Shown here in pieces: positions 18,638 to 29,100 of a stretch of 64,000 nucleotides of DNA (its first letter is position 1; every line of letters starts with the position of its first letter). Origin of the DNA: Spirochaetia bacterium (lineage in GTDB: Bacteria > Spirochaetota > Spirochaetia > DSM-27196 > Salinispiraceae); contig JBBRCZ010000001.1 of the NCBI GenBank assembly GCA_038204425.1, positions 320,001-384,000 of the forward strand, read 5' to 3'. The notes below the pieces were generated by a model. That model did no database searches, was not told where the DNA came from, and saw nothing but the letters and a program-made list of their open reading frames with translations. The position numbers were made by a program, and so were the translations under genes.

Positions 18638-21600
18638 TCAAGTTAAATTAAAAAACCTAGCCTGACTAATGAGCTTGTCGTTCCAGTAATTGTCTTTGCC
18701 ATAACACTTTCTGTTTGCTGGATCTTCTATTCGACTGGATCTTTCTTGAAAAAGTTTAATAGCCTTACCCAAAATTGTTTTTCTGTCATCATGATTTCCT
18801 TCGGCTGAAGTCTGCAAAACGTGCGCGTAAGCGTAGAGATAGAAATGTTGATACGGATCTACTTTGGCAGGCTTGAAGTTTCTTGAGAACGGAAGCAAAA
18901 GTGCTTGGCTTTGGCTATTTTGACCAAGTTTAGCTAAGGCAAGGCCACGATAGACTTGAGCGTGAATGCTTAGTATGTCCCCTGCTCCACCGGCCATAAT
19001 ACCAATATCTTCTAAAGACGCAAATCCGTCTTGCCAATTGATGCCTTCTGGAGTGTAGAGCTTGCCCTTGCTTGGAAGTGACTCAAAACTGGCGAGCTTT
19101 GTCAAGGCTAAATCAGCTTGGTCTTGAAGAAGCGCCTGTTCAGCTTGAAAGAATAATGATTCCCTTGTTTGCATAGTGCTAAAGATTTCTTGAGCCAGAC
19201 TGTGTTCACCTGCATATACATTTGCACGTGCTAACCAGGCCCTGGAAGTCTCAGCAGCATTCGCAATTGGAAAACTTTCAAAACTAGTACACAGTTTTTG
19301 GAAACTTCGGCAGGCTTCTTGATATTGGCCGAGTTCAAAATAGATTCTGGCGCGAATGAAATCCAAATAGGCTACAAATCGCATGAAGCCATGTTTCTGG
19401 CTGCCGAAATATATCCCCTGTGGGTCAGAAAGTGCGTTCAAAACCCTAGAAAAGTAGCCGTGAACAAAGGTAACTACTAAATCTGAGAATCCAGCCCATA
19501 GGTCTTCAAATATGGCACCTGCACCACTAGCGTTGTTGCGAGCGATGATAAAGTAGTCTTTGGCGTCCAGTAGGCGTTCTCTAGAAAGTAGGATATGCCC
19601 AAACAAAGTCTGAGACGCCGACAGTCCACTCTTGTCATTTAGCTCTTGGAATTTTATAACAGCTTTTTTAACCATAGTGTGCGCGTCATCTAGCTTTCCG
19701 CAGTGAAAGAGATAGCGGCTTTTTTGTAAGTTCCAATAGGCGTGGACGATGTCAGTTGCTTCTGTTTCATCAAGTCGTAAGCTTTCATGCGCTCGAGCTA
19801 GGTTTTTGTCCGCTTGTAACAATAGACTTCTGGCGTTGAAGTAGCCAAGCGCTGCTTCCATCTTTTGGCTAACTTGGCCGTCTTTTAAATTTCGCTGGTA
19901 GACTGCCATATGGTTTAGAACTTGCGAGCAGGTTTCAAAATTTAACGCATTTAGTAGTTGCTGGGCAAAAAGAAAACTAATTTCAAAAAAGTTCTCTGGG
20001 CTCGCGATTTCAGAAAGCAGGAGAAAAGAATCAAGTCTAATTGGCAAACGAGAAGCCTTAAACCGTTCAAACAGAAAAATGTCCAGAGCCTGCCTGATTT
20101 CGATTGCCTTGTCCGATAGCATGGCTTCAATTGTTTCGATGCCCTGATCAAACGTTGGAAACAAAAGTTCTTCATCTCTAATCAAGCCAAGTTGTTTGAG
20201 CATATGAACTAGGCCCGGATGTCTAATTTTCTCAATCTTTAGGACTTCCAGAAAATCGAAAAAATCTCGAAGGTTCAAAAAACCGAAGGTGAGCACGATC
20301 ACATAGTATACTTCTGAAAGTACCGGGTCTGAGACTGACAAAAGCGCCCTTAAGATGCTTTGATTGATTTTGAAGGGCGAGAGTCCTTCGATGTCTAGGG
20401 CTATTGATAAGTCGGCATTGGCTTGGAGCTGACTAGATTTTCCGACTAAGTAACGAAGAATGGATGCATTTCGTGCATCTACATGTTCAAGTTCTGCCAT
20501 GGTTGCTAATGCTTGAGGCAAAGACTTACTATCTAGACCAAGCAATCGCAGATCAAACCAATTGTTGGCCTTAATTTCCACACTGCGCAGTTTTGATATA
20601 CCATCAGGAATGTCTTCAGGTTCTAGTCCGGAATAGACAAGTAAAAAAGTTGCTTGGTCGTTACTCTTGCAAATTGAATCAACGCAACGGTCTAGACAAT
20701 CAAGTGCTTGTTTGCTTAAAAGGTGTTTTCTTTCGATGTGAACTATCAGCGGATTTTGATGATGTTTGTTTTGTCTAAGCAATGCCAGAAAAAAAAGTTC
20801 AAAGGATTGTTCAAAAAGTTCGAGCGGGTATTCAGGAGGGATTATACTAAGTTGAAGTCCCGAAATCGTTGAGCTAGCATTTTGTATTAAAAAGTGACTA
20901 CATTCATGCCAACGTAAACGTTCCTCAGCACTCATGTGGAGCTCTATTTTGTCTCGATTGAGCGGAAACAAGGCCCTTGTAAGGGCTACAGGCACAGGAT
21001 CATCCTGGTCTTGGCCAAGAATCCAAAAAAAATCACGCGCTTCTTCGGTACCCAAAATAGATATTATGGCTTGGTGAACCAATTCACCAAGGCTCCGTTC
21101 TTCAACGCTTGAAAAATAGACGATGTTTTTGCCTTTGCGCGCGGTTCCCAAGGCTGCTTTGAGGCGAGGGATAATGCTGCTTTTTTGTAGGCTTGTCTCA
21201 AAGAATTGATAGACCAAGTCGTAGTCTTCTTGATCCGCTTCACGCTTACCGATGGCCTTATAGAGCTTACCTGCCCTTTCAATGACTAAGAATTTTTGAA
21301 GAATTTCAAAAGCGTTGGGGCCAATCCAAACACATTCGGATTCTTTGCTAGTTAATAAGGTCGAACAAAGTTGCCGAATACTTTCGTCATCATCTGAAGA
21401 CGACTCCATTAAGAGAGAAAACCCAAAAAGTTCTTGTCTAAGATTGACCAAAACATCTCTAATCGAAAATAAAGATTCAATCAAAAAAAACGTATCGGAC
21501 GGACGATGAATCTGGTAGGTCAATAAATGTTTTCCTTGACCTAGATCAAGGTACTTTGCGCCTTGAAGCAAGGCCAAATTTTTTAGACTTTCCACTAAGT

Positions 21601-21670
21601 CAACGATTTTTTGTCGCTTAATGAGCAGAAGTTGTTTTTGATTGTGAATTTCGACAAGTAACTGGTACAC
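18638..21670 (-). CDS. Large hypothetical protein with C-terminal TPR-like helical repeats
   Basis: 1010-aa ORF coupled to the upstream gene; TPR-like segments such as RARIYFELGQYQEA and WLARANVYAGEHSLA. Confidence 0.7.
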   Translation of the reverse strand: MYQLLVEIHNQKQLLLIKRQKIVDLVESLKNLALLQGAKYLDLGQGKHLLTYQIHRPSDTFFLIESLFSIRDVLVNLRQELFGFSLLMESSSDDDESIRQLCSTLLTSKESECVWIGPNAFEILQKFLVIERAGKLYKAIGKREADQEDYDLVYQFFETSLQKSSIIPRLKAALGTARKGKNIVYFSSVEERSLGELVHQAIISILGTEEARDFFWILGQDQDDPVPVALTRALFPLNRDKIELHMSAEERLRWHECSHFLIQNASSTISGLQLSIIPPEYPLELFEQSFELFFLALLRQNKHHQNPLIVHIERKHLLSKQALDCLDRCVDSICKSNDQATFLLVYSGLEPEDIPDGISKLRSVEIKANNWFDLRLLGLDSKSLPQALATMAELEHVDARNASILRYLVGKSSQLQANADLSIALDIEGLSPFKINQSILRALLSVSDPVLSEVYYVIVLTFGFLNLRDFFDFLEVLKIEKIRHPGLVHMLKQLGLIRDEELLFPTFDQGIETIEAMLSDKAIEIRQALDIFLFERFKASRLPIRLDSFLLLSEIASPENFFEISFLFAQQLLNALNFETCSQVLNHMAVYQRNLKDGQVSQKMEAALGYFNARSLLLQADKNLARAHESLRLDETEATDIVHAYWNLQKSRYLFHCGKLDDAHTMVKKAVIKFQELNDKSGLSASQTLFGHILLSRERLLDAKDYFIIARNNASGAGAIFEDLWAGFSDLVVTFVHGYFSRVLNALSDPQGIYFGSQKHGFMRFVAYLDFIRARIYFELGQYQEACRSFQKLCTSFESFPIANAAETSRAWLARANVYAGEHSLAQEIFSTMQTRESLFFQAEQALLQDQADLALTKLASFESLPSKGKLYTPEGINWQDGFASLEDIGIMAGGAGDILSIHAQVYRGLALAKLGQNSQSQALLLPFSRNFKPAKVDPYQHFYLYAYAHVLQTSAEGNHDDRKTILGKAIKLFQERSSRIEDPANRKCYGKDNYWNDKLISQARFFNLT

Positions 21671-21672
21671 GA

Positions 21673-22902
21673 CTATAACTCAACAATTGGATCATCAGAA
21701 AATGGATCGAGTTGCTTGCTACCATAGAGTGCGGAAATGATAAAATCATAGTCACTAGGATCGATATCGATAAATTTGATACCGACGTAAATTCTACCAC
21801 TGTCTTGAAATCTTCTCATAACTCTTCCTTTAATGTTGATTGTCTTTTTGTCGAGACCAAGTTTGAGATCAACATCGGTAAAAAGATCTAGTGCCGGTCC
21901 ATTTACTGGCATACAAAACAAGAGGCCCGATCCGCTTACGTCAACGAGTTCTGATTTTTCAAATTGTTCGCGGACGGGTGACAATTGAAAGTACCCATTC
22001 TGATGCAAGCTGTAGGACAGTAGTCTGGAAAACTGATTCACAAATTCTAAAGTGTTAAGTGAAAAAGGTGTCGTTTGTAGCTCCGACCTCATCAAATAAA
22101 TGTAGCCAACCACATATTGTTTAAACAGTAGAGGGCAGTATAGCTCATGCCAAATCTTTTTGTGAAACATGGATTCCACATATTGTGATAAACTTTGGCT
22201 TAAAAGCAATGAATCTCTTCCCGATGCTTTGAAAATTCTGGATAGATCGTCTTGGTCTAAAATTTTATAGAGCGGGCCTTCTCTCTGTGAGCTTATGGCT
22301 GCGCCATCAGAAAGTGGCAGTAACAAGGTTCTTCCAGACCAGGCCAGCAACTCCTCCGGAATCAAGTTTGGCTTTCGTTCGCGGAACATTATTATCTTGT
22401 TTTCGGATGAAAAGGACTGTGCCTTTTCGCGGAATGTTTTGAGCAAGTTAGTTATTTTTTGTGCGTCAAATTTTATATTGACCGACGGTGGTTCGGGTTC
22501 ATAATATTCTTCACTGTCGTCCAAATCCATTTTGTACTCTACGCCCTCCAATAATAAGGCAAGCGAAATATGTATCGAAGGACGAATTCGTTCAAATCCG
22601 CGGCTTAAGTCGCGATAAAGCACCTCAGGAAGCGTTGCAGTCAGTTGTTCTTCGTCATAAGAAACACCTATCAGTCTGCACGTAATTCTGGTACCTTTAA
22701 ATGGAATGTACAAGTCAGCACTAGCCAAATCCTTTTTTTTGGGTTTTTCTGAATCGAATCGGAAATATACCTTCTTCTCATCGACTTTAATCAAAAATGA
22801 TCGGATTCTTTGTTCGGCAAGTTGTAATTCAACAAAACTTTTTTGATCAAGTAATGACTTGAATATGAATTCCTTTTCTATCCGAGAAATCTTTATTGCC
22901 AT
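21673..22902 (-). CDS. DUF1577-type PilZN3-GAF-PilZ protein
   Basis: ISRIEKEFIF N-terminus, RDLSRGFERIRP (RxxxR), GAF-like LYCPLLFKQYVVGYIYL, C-terminal DVSGSGL...GRVMR...VGIKF. Start at ATG 22902. Confidence 0.8.
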   Translation of the reverse strand: MAIKISRIEKEFIFKSLLDQKSFVELQLAEQRIRSFLIKVDEKKVYFRFDSEKPKKKDLASADLYIPFKGTRITCRLIGVSYDEEQLTATLPEVLYRDLSRGFERIRPSIHISLALLLEGVEYKMDLDDSEEYYEPEPPSVNIKFDAQKITNLLKTFREKAQSFSSENKIIMFRERKPNLIPEELLAWSGRTLLLPLSDGAAISSQREGPLYKILDQDDLSRIFKASGRDSLLLSQSLSQYVESMFHKKIWHELYCPLLFKQYVVGYIYLMRSELQTTPFSLNTLEFVNQFSRLLSYSLHQNGYFQLSPVREQFEKSELVDVSGSGLLFCMPVNGPALDLFTDVDLKLGLDKKTINIKGRVMRRFQDSGRIYVGIKFIDIDPSDYDFIISALYGSKQLDPFSDDPIVEL

Positions 22903-23633
22903 GCTTTTTTGCGCATCCTTTCTTGTAAATCGCGACTGGTTGCATCCGGTACGCCATCTCCCGTCCAACCAAGACTCGATCCTTGGTCACGAAAATAGGC
23001 ATCGGTAACGTTATAGTTTCCTTTTTCGCTCTTGTTAAGGTAGATATCAAGGTATTTTGCCTCGTTGACACCTGACAAATAAACAGCTAACGCAAGTTCA
23101 TTATCATCGACCTTAATTATAGTAAGAAAACGAATGGAAGAAAATGTCAACAAGAAATTTTTTGTAGTGTTGCTTGGTTTAGCGAGCTGCAGACTCAATT
23201 GAGGCGCGTAGTTGGGCGCCTTTAAGGTATCCTGGGCATAGTCTTTGCAAAAAGTCTTTATCACCAACGATAAGTTTTGGTAAGACAGCCCCTTGGTTTG
23301 GCTAAGATCGACCAAGGGACCCTTGGTCCGGTCAGAGGCTGAAATCGGTTTAGTAAGCACGAGATCACGTGCGAATTGTCTCAGGAATGGCATTAAAGTG
23401 TCACTATTATTTGGTTCAGTTAAGGATTTGACTGGTAAGCTAGTAGTCGTGGTTGAACTAGTGGTACTGGTGATCAAACCTAGCAGGACCTGCATACTTT
23501 CAATACTAAGATCTGTTGGTACCGTTGTTGTGCTGCTTGATGAACTTGGTCCTGGGCGTTGGCATGCTTGACTCAAAAAAAGTGCAAGTACAAGCAAGGG
23601 TATCACTTGGGTCAAATAGAGCAAACGTTTCAT
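22893..23633 (-). CDS. Hypothetical lipoprotein
   Basis: Signal peptide ending LFLSQA-C followed by Ser/Thr-rich linkers. Confidence 0.65.
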   Translation of the reverse strand: MKRLLYLTQVIPLLVLALFLSQACQRPGPSSSSSTTTVPTDLSIESMQVLLGLITSTTSSTTTTSLPVKSLTEPNNSDTLMPFLRQFARDLVLTKPISASDRTKGPLVDLSQTKGLSYQNLSLVIKTFCKDYAQDTLKAPNYAPQLSLQLAKPSNTTKNFLLTFSSIRFLTIIKVDDNELALAVYLSGVNEAKYLDIYLNKSEKGNYNVTDAYFRDQGSSLGWTGDGVPDATSRDLQERMRKKAWQ

Positions 23634-23701
23634 TATTAAAGAATATCATGAAGATTAGCTACTGTGATAGATTGGTCAAGCGCAGCAAAATAGGCTATGG
23701 T

Positions 23702-24988
23702 ATGATCGTGAGTTTAGTTGATCAAATTACTAGTTTTGTTGAGTCTCCTGAGTCCAAAGCAATCCGGGATCCACTTTGGGGACATGTCTATATTCCTCGC
23801 AGTTTCGCCCCGCTCTTGGAGACGAAGGCCTTTCTCAAGTTAAGGGGCATTTTGCAGCTTGGCCCTGCCCATTTAGTCTACCCAGGCGCAACACATACTC
23901 GCTTTGCACACAGTCTTGGCGTATATTGGATTGCTTTTCGCTACCTAAAGCGCTTGCTTCAAGTTGGTATCAACTGTGAAATGCTTACGTTCAAAGGTGC
24001 GCAGTCTTTCCTTCTGGCCGCTCTTATGCATGACCTAGGGCATTTTCCTTATACCCATAGTCTTAAGGAACTTCCCTTGCTGGACCACGAAGAGTTGACC
24101 GCACAGCTCATCCAAGAAGCTGAGATTTCCAATATCATTAGTTCACTAGGGTTAAATGTTGTCATGCTTTCGGCAATCGTAGACCATGCAATGCCACTGG
24201 AAGACAAGCAGTACCTCTTTTATAGGCAACTTCTATCTGGCGTGCTTGACCCAGACAAACTAGACTACCTCAAAAGAGATGCTTGGTATTGTGGAGTGCC
24301 CTATGGAGTTCAGGACCTAGATTACTTACTCTCCCAGGTTTTCATTAGTGAAAAAAAAGTCCCCACTTTGTTAACCGGCGCGGTGTCTGTGGTTGAGCAT
24401 CTTTTGTTTTCCAAGTATCTCATGTACAAAGCGGTCTATTGGCATCGTGATGTTAGGGTAGCAACTGCAATGATCAAGCGAGCCCTGTTTCTCGGTTTAC
24501 GCAACAAAAAAATTCTGGCTAGGGATTTGTACAACTTGGATGATGCAGAGTTTTTTTTGCTTGCTCAAAACAGAGACTATGCCCCATTCGATTTGATTGA
24601 GTTAGTAAAAGCAAAAAAACTCTTTGAAGTTATTTTTGAAGTTTCATTTTCCGACCTCAATGTTACCGTTCAAGAACAAGTTATGACGTTAGAAACCAGA
24701 TCTCAGCTTGAGTTGGCAATTGCCAATGCAATACTTGAGCCTGGATTTAGTGAATATGATCTAATTATGGATGTACCAGAAAACATCAGTTTTGAACAGA
24801 ATTTTCCAATCGGCGAATATAGAGAGTCCAGCACTGAGCTTAACAACGGTAGTGTCTTTACTGGCTCTGTGGTTGAAGAGTTTACTCAAAAACTTAGAAT
24901 TGCGAGAATCATGGTCTCAAACAAGTCTCTGCTTAGATCTGGGGACTATCTTACCAAAATTAAAACCATGCTTCAACTGATAGGCTGA
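23702..24988 (+). CDS. HD-domain phosphohydrolase (dNTP triphosphohydrolase/SAMHD1-like)
   Basis: IRDPLWG, QLGPAHLVYPGATHTRFAHSLG, HDLGHFPYTH, DPDKLDYLKRD, MYKAVYWH. Start is 23702 or GTG 23708; the track start 23516 overlaps the divergent gene. Confidence 0.9.
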   Translation: MIVSLVDQITSFVESPESKAIRDPLWGHVYIPRSFAPLLETKAFLKLRGILQLGPAHLVYPGATHTRFAHSLGVYWIAFRYLKRLLQVGINCEMLTFKGAQSFLLAALMHDLGHFPYTHSLKELPLLDHEELTAQLIQEAEISNIISSLGLNVVMLSAIVDHAMPLEDKQYLFYRQLLSGVLDPDKLDYLKRDAWYCGVPYGVQDLDYLLSQVFISEKKVPTLLTGAVSVVEHLLFSKYLMYKAVYWHRDVRVATAMIKRALFLGLRNKKILARDLYNLDDAEFFLLAQNRDYAPFDLIELVKAKKLFEVIFEVSFSDLNVTVQEQVMTLETRSQLELAIANAILEPGFSEYDLIMDVPENISFEQNFPIGEYRESSTELNNGSVFTGSVVEEFTQKLRIARIMVSNKSLLRSGDYLTKIKTMLQLIG

Positions 24989-24992
24989 AACT

Positions 24993-25484
24993 ATGAAAAA
25001 TTCACGCATACTGCTCGAACGAGTTAGACGAACTCAGATTCTATGCAAAGAGTTGGCTTATATAATTGATGACGAAGAGCTGGATGAGCTTTCATTTGCT
25101 GCCACAATTCATAACCAAGATGGTGATGAATTTGCAATTTCGATTGAAGCAGATTCAAAATTCTTAGAGTTTGCCTTCACCTTTCTGTTCCCAGCTGGTT
25201 TTCATGACTTCATTCGAGATCGAATGGAAGAGTTTCTTCAAATTTGTTACCAATATGGTTGTTATACCGCTATCATTGCTCATGAAGATGAAATTGCAGT
25301 CTCAGTTTTTTCCAAGTTGTATTTTGCTGGTTTGCAGTACTATGCTTTAAAAGAGACACTAAGGGACTTACGGCATGCAGTGAAAGAAATTGAAGAACTC
25401 TATGACGTCAACAATGTGTTAAAAGGAGGCGATAACGATGGACCTGCTGAACCTAATGGAAGACAAAGTGATCCAAGTCGTTAG
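24993..25484 (+). CDS. Hypothetical protein
   Basis: 163-aa acidic ORF tightly packed between the HD and ComFB genes; no motif recognised. Confidence 0.7.
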   Translation: MKNSRILLERVRRTQILCKELAYIIDDEELDELSFAATIHNQDGDEFAISIEADSKFLEFAFTFLFPAGFHDFIRDRMEEFLQICYQYGCYTAIIAHEDEIAVSVFSKLYFAGLQYYALKETLRDLRHAVKEIEELYDVNNVLKGGDNDGPAEPNGRQSDPSR

Positions 25485-26181
25485 TGAAATTTGCGATGAG
25501 GAAGAACAACGGGGTACGTCTCTTTTTTGCACTACCGAACAGTGTAGAACAGATGTAGCTTGTTTTGTACTCAACCGAATTCCGCAGCGTTATGTGAGTT
25601 CGGGGCGGGGTTTTGCGTACTTGGAAAGTGATCTCAATAAAAACATGCAGATACATGTAGATTTAGTCACCCTTGTACATGAAGGACTACAAAGGGTCTC
25701 AGATATTCAACGAAGCTTTTATCACGACAAAGAAATTTCCAGTTTGGAACTTGAAGCTGCTGATTCGTATATCTTCCCACTGATTAAGGGAAGATTGTTT
25801 AGTGCATCAAATTTTGAACCGCTAAGCAATGGTCTGGTTAGACTGAGCTCGGAAGGAAAACCGCTGGCCTCCATCGACGGCACATGGACAAATCCTTACC
25901 CCTTAATGACTAACAACCCCGGGACTTTTCTTTTTAGACCAGAATCAAAGGTCTGTCCGAATAAAGATAAAGACGAGACTATTGAATTGACACTTAGTTA
26001 TGCACACGATGACTTTGAGGCATTTAGTCATACATTTTCTTTGGTGCTTAGCCGCTCAAGTAATCGCAGTCCACAGGAGAGAATCGCCCAACACGATTTA
26101 GGTGATTTGTTAGTTATCCCAAAGGCAGGCGACGAATATGAAATGCAGTTAAGTCTTAGTGATCCGGATGAGCCGACGTAA
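25438..26181 (+). CDS. ComFB family protein with C-terminal beta-sandwich-like domain
   Basis: NLMEDKV...CTTEQCRTDVACFVLNRIPQRYVSSGRG; SD GGAGG. Confidence 0.85.
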   Translation: MDLLNLMEDKVIQVVSEICDEEEQRGTSLFCTTEQCRTDVACFVLNRIPQRYVSSGRGFAYLESDLNKNMQIHVDLVTLVHEGLQRVSDIQRSFYHDKEISSLELEAADSYIFPLIKGRLFSASNFEPLSNGLVRLSSEGKPLASIDGTWTNPYPLMTNNPGTFLFRPESKVCPNKDKDETIELTLSYAHDDFEAFSHTFSLVLSRSSNRSPQERIAQHDLGDLLVIPKAGDEYEMQLSLSDPDEPT

Positions 26182-29100
26182 GACTAAGAATGTTCTTTTA
26201 ATGAAGCTGCAAGTTTGGCTCTGCATTGCAACTGCGCTCTTCTTACTGCTCTTACCAGAACTGCTGATGGCTCAGACATCGGTAAATGCGCCTCCTGACG
26301 AAGCTACCAGTACCTACATAGAAGAACAACTCAAGATAATAGAGGCAGAACAGAGCAAACGAGCACTATTTTCGGCTTCAATCGGTGATGCCAATGTTGA
26401 GTTCTTCTTATCTGGCAGCTGGCGGACAGGAATAGGCGCTTCGTTGATTGTTCCGCTTGGCAATCTCCCCAACAACAAGGACTATTTAACCGGTTTTACT
26501 GATGAACCTTGGTTTAATCAAGCCAAGCTACTGTTAAGTGTTTGGTACGACCAAAAATTTTTCTTGGACCTTAGTATTTCAGAAACTGAAATCGCTGATC
26601 GATTTTTGCTGGGATACAAAGATATTAAACAACAAGATGGACTCTATCAGTGGCTACTGGGAAATCAAGAAATTGGTGTTCCAAATTATGGCCAGGTCCC
26701 CTTCTCACTTGGGGCCGACAGTTCGCCTGGCACACTTTTTTCTCTTCGAAACGAGAATGCAGAGCTTCACTTAATGTCAAGAATCGTCGGCCGGTCAAAC
26801 ATAGTAGAATACTTTAAAGGTGTGGCACCGCAGAATAAGTTAGTGATTAAGCCCGAAAGCTTCAGAAAAGGTCAGTTTTTTGTTGGTCCCTATCAAAAAA
26901 CATCCTCGATGCTGGTCTATGTACAATCAACACAAGGCAGTCTAGCATCTGATGGTAATTATTACCAAGTCATGACACCAGAAGACTTTCTCTATTTCGT
27001 GCCCGAACAATCAAAATTTGGACTAAAGAAAAATGCAAGCAGTCGCGTGATTTTGGTTTACCAAACTGCCGGGGATGCAAGCCCTCAATTGTTCGCCAAT
27101 ATAGAAAATAGCGGCGATTTTAATTTTGGCAGCCCAATTGAGTTTTCTTTGTTAGATGAAAGCTTGTTTGCCACCAAAGTTTTGCGCCCACTGGCAAGCT
27201 ACTATGGCTGGAATTTAGATACTATTTCTGCCAACCCTTCTGACTTGTTTCTTACCATTGAAGGAAATGTAGGTTTGCTAATTTTTGAGCCAGGCCTCTT
27301 CTCTCCATTTGAAGACTATTCTTGGTATTCCTCTGGTGGTTTAAATGGTCAAATTGAGCTTAGCTCCAGCAACGGAATCATTTTTCCTTCTCAAGTGCGC
27401 TTTTCTTTTTTGCAGGTCATAGCGCAAGGGAGTCAGGATGCTTTGCTAGCGCGTTACCCTTTGATTCAGACTGACCTTGGTGACTTATATCTGCCAACAG
27501 GCATTGCACCTAGCCACAGCTATCTTGAGGCCTTGGCTGCACAAGGAAAGGCTGGGAACGTCCTAAACCTCAGTCAGAAAGCTTTGCCAGCAAGTATAAA
27601 CGTTAAAGTCAATGGACTTATTAATTATGTTTGGCAACTAGACGACCAAGGTAGAAACTTGAGTCTAAACACCGTTGAGGCTCGAGATACGGTGATTGTC
27701 AGCTATCAAATAGACGAAAAAAACTCTTTGTCCAGAAGTCTGCAAGTCGCTGCCTCGGGCAAATATAGTCTAAGTCCGCTTGACCAGCTTAAAGCCGGCA
27801 TAGCGATGGAAGTGCCGATTTTAACTGACCCTCTCAACCAAAGTATAAGTAATGGCATTGTGGCAAGTGGGATTGAATTTGAACACACAAGTCTGGACAA
27901 GCTCTTTAGGCTCAATCTTAGCACTAATTTTTCCGTTACTATTCCCGATAGCTCTCGACTTGTAACACTGCAAAGCTACGAAGACGATCAGTACGTTTTC
28001 TTAACCGATGAGGCCATAGCTTTACCTTCGGCGCTTCCTAGTCTGTCTCAGATTAATGCAGCGATTTCGCAAGGAAGCTATCTTACCCAAAATGCAAGCC
28101 AGAATCCTGGACCGCCGTTAAGTGAGTTTGGCCAAGCAAATCGAGCGTTTTCAGTAAAAAAAACAATTGCTCACACTAGCGGACAGTTGGCTGGTTGGCG
28201 CAGCGACGGTGACTTGTCAACGCAAACTATCCCTGCGGAAGTTGGGCCCTATCTGGCAAATAATGAAGGCGATGATCCTTTCTATAGTAATGTATTGGTA
28301 AGCAGTTTTTTGGCTTCAGCTGATCGCAATACGGCAAGTTTTGAACTTAGACTTCCCTTTGAAAATCGTAGTCTACTGGACCAGACCAAAGGTATTGAGT
28401 TTTGGGTGAGAACACCATTTACTGATGCAGATCTTGATCTTTTTGTCCAAGTTGGTATTTTGAGCGAAGACCTAGATCAGGACAATCAATTAGACCAACT
28501 AGATTCAAATTTACAAGGCTTAATTCTTAGACATCCTGATTGGATTGAATCCGTCATTGTCAAAAACAATGAACGCGACATTCTGGCCAAAGGTGAAGAC
28601 CGCAATGGCAATGGAATATTGGAACAAGAAAATAGCAATGCGGTCGATACCCGCTACGTTGGTAGACTAAATGCTTCGAGTTCTGGTGTATGGCGTAAAG
28701 TCGTCATTTCAAGACTCAATCCAGGTAGTCAGGGCGCGGCTCAAGCGATTAGATTTTTTTTTAGAAGTGCCGACAACAATCAAGATGGCACAGCTGACGA
28801 TGCTCTGTCTGGTACGGTGCTTTTGGGCGGGTTCTCATTGCTACTTCCTATTCCAGACTCCACCCAAAGCTCAAGTGCGACGGTAAGTTCGAGTATTTCT
28901 GACAACGTTTCACTACAAAATACGCTTAATTCAAACTTTCCAAGCGCATCGAGCAATGGTTCAAAGATGGCTTCAGTAGTCTATCAGGCAAATCTGGGTG
29001 AACAGATAAGTATTCGCCAAAATATAGGAAACAGAACGCTTGATGACGGTTCACTACTAACCTGGTTCGCTTTCTTTGATGATAACCAAGCCCCGCCCTC

